Positions 36,548 to 37,348 of a DNA stretch of 37,348 nt are shown piece after piece. A model generated the notes under the pieces. That model did no database searches. It was not told the DNA's origin and saw nothing but the letters and a program-made list of their open reading frames with translations. The position numbers and the translations under genes are program-made. The DNA comes from Octopus bimaculoides (lineage: Eukaryota). Location of the stretch: assembly GCF_001194135.2 (NCBI RefSeq), contig NC_069000.1:30984932-31022279 (forward strand), read 5' to 3'. Within the stretch, counting starts at the first letter, position 1; every line of letters begins with the position of its first letter.

Positions 36548-36716
36548 ATACATACATATTTATATTTGGTGATGTTCATCAATTAACCACACTCACTATA
36601 TACTTGGACTTCACTTCAGCTTTATTATTTCAAGATTATTATTCATTCTATCCCCTTTTCAGCCGAACTATTAAGTTATGGGGTCTATACACACCGACAC
36701 TCACACAGTCACGAAG

Positions 36717-36811
36717 GTGTGTACTGACGAAGGATTTTGCTTTTTCAAATTCATAATGCACTTTCATTAATATGAATCTAAGCAAGAAACCGAAATACGT
36801 GTTGGCAACAT
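36717..36811 (+). ncRNA. Hammerhead-like motif with intact core and extended stem II
   Basis: CUGACGAA at 36724, a 60-nt imperfect hairpin closed by GG/CC, GAAA at 36792, self-complementary AUACGUGU and a GUU triplet. Stem I is weak. Confidence 0.45.
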
Positions 36812-36959
36812 GATTTGACCACTATAATAAATATATTGATTATTCTGCGGATACATTCTCCATTATATCTGGATTGTAATGTGTGTGTGTATGTACACAT
36901 ATATATATATCATATATACACATATATATATATCATATATATCATGTAACCTCGTGGGC

Positions 36960-37110
36960 ATCGGTACCATTTTCCTCTTTCTCTGTTCTTCCATTCTCCG
37001 AACTTTCCATCTTTCCGACGAAGGGCTACGCCCGAAACGTCATACACTCTCTCTTTCCTTTCCTGAGCGTCCAATAATACTATCCATATCACGTCCTCAC
37101 TTTGTTGTTT
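36960..37110 (+). mobile_element. Hammerhead-associated repeat (probable PLE terminal-repeat relic), same family as 2700-2835
   Basis: Shared CTTT-core-GAAACGTC and the downstream CTGAGCGTCCAATAATAC block. Confidence 0.6.
37011..37045 (+). ncRNA. Minimal type I hammerhead-like motif, U4 mutated
   Basis: CUUU [CCGACGAA] GGGC uac GCCC GAAA C GUC AUAC. Stem II is perfect, stem III is the palindrome ACGU, and stem I is partly decayed. Confidence 0.55.
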
Positions 37111-37348
37111 TTTTGTTTTTTTGTTATTGTGTTTTTGAACTATATATATATATATATATCGCCATCCGCTTTAGAGAAAAATTTGTAGTTTGGAATCAGT
37201 AGTTCTTTGACTGCTATTTCTAAATTTTCAGTATGTTGGAGAAGCAACTCAATTGCTAATCCCTGTATATTTATGATGATAAATAATTTTACCGATAAAG
37301 GTTTTTTTCATACTGAACTACTTGGCAAGATTGTTAATTATTAATTCT

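Noticed and set aside
36636-36682. YSFYPLFSRTIKLW resembling the LINE C-terminal motif YSFFPRTIxxWN
   Set aside because: It is one short motif with no upstream RT similarity.

Overview
AT-rich eukaryotic DNA with no long ORF. It is dense in microsatellites and has many N gaps next to them. The SINE families look like those of Octopus (coleoid cephalopod); this species call is pattern recognition, not a database result. I cannot confidently call a host protein-coding gene, and almost all ORFs in the track are microsatellite, N-gap or chance ORFs, although some overlap decayed TE remnants. The window is mostly a transposon graveyard: several tRNA-headed SINE families (about 18 copies or fragments), two hAT-type MITEs, and decayed coding remnants of RTE-type, R4/Dong, Ty3/gypsy, probable Tx1/L1 and possible Tc1/mariner elements. 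It also holds the GIY-YIG end of a Penelope-like element (PLE). The most interesting signal is RNA-structural: five hammerhead-ribozyme-like motifs. Two are minimal type I motifs of one repeat family with a compensatory change in stem II (2758-2793 on -, 37011-37045 on +). One has an intact core and a long stem II (36717-36811), one is decayed and lies where a PLE terminal repeat is expected (25420-25472), and one lies inside a hAT MITE (17179-17208). All structures were folded by eye and are untested.
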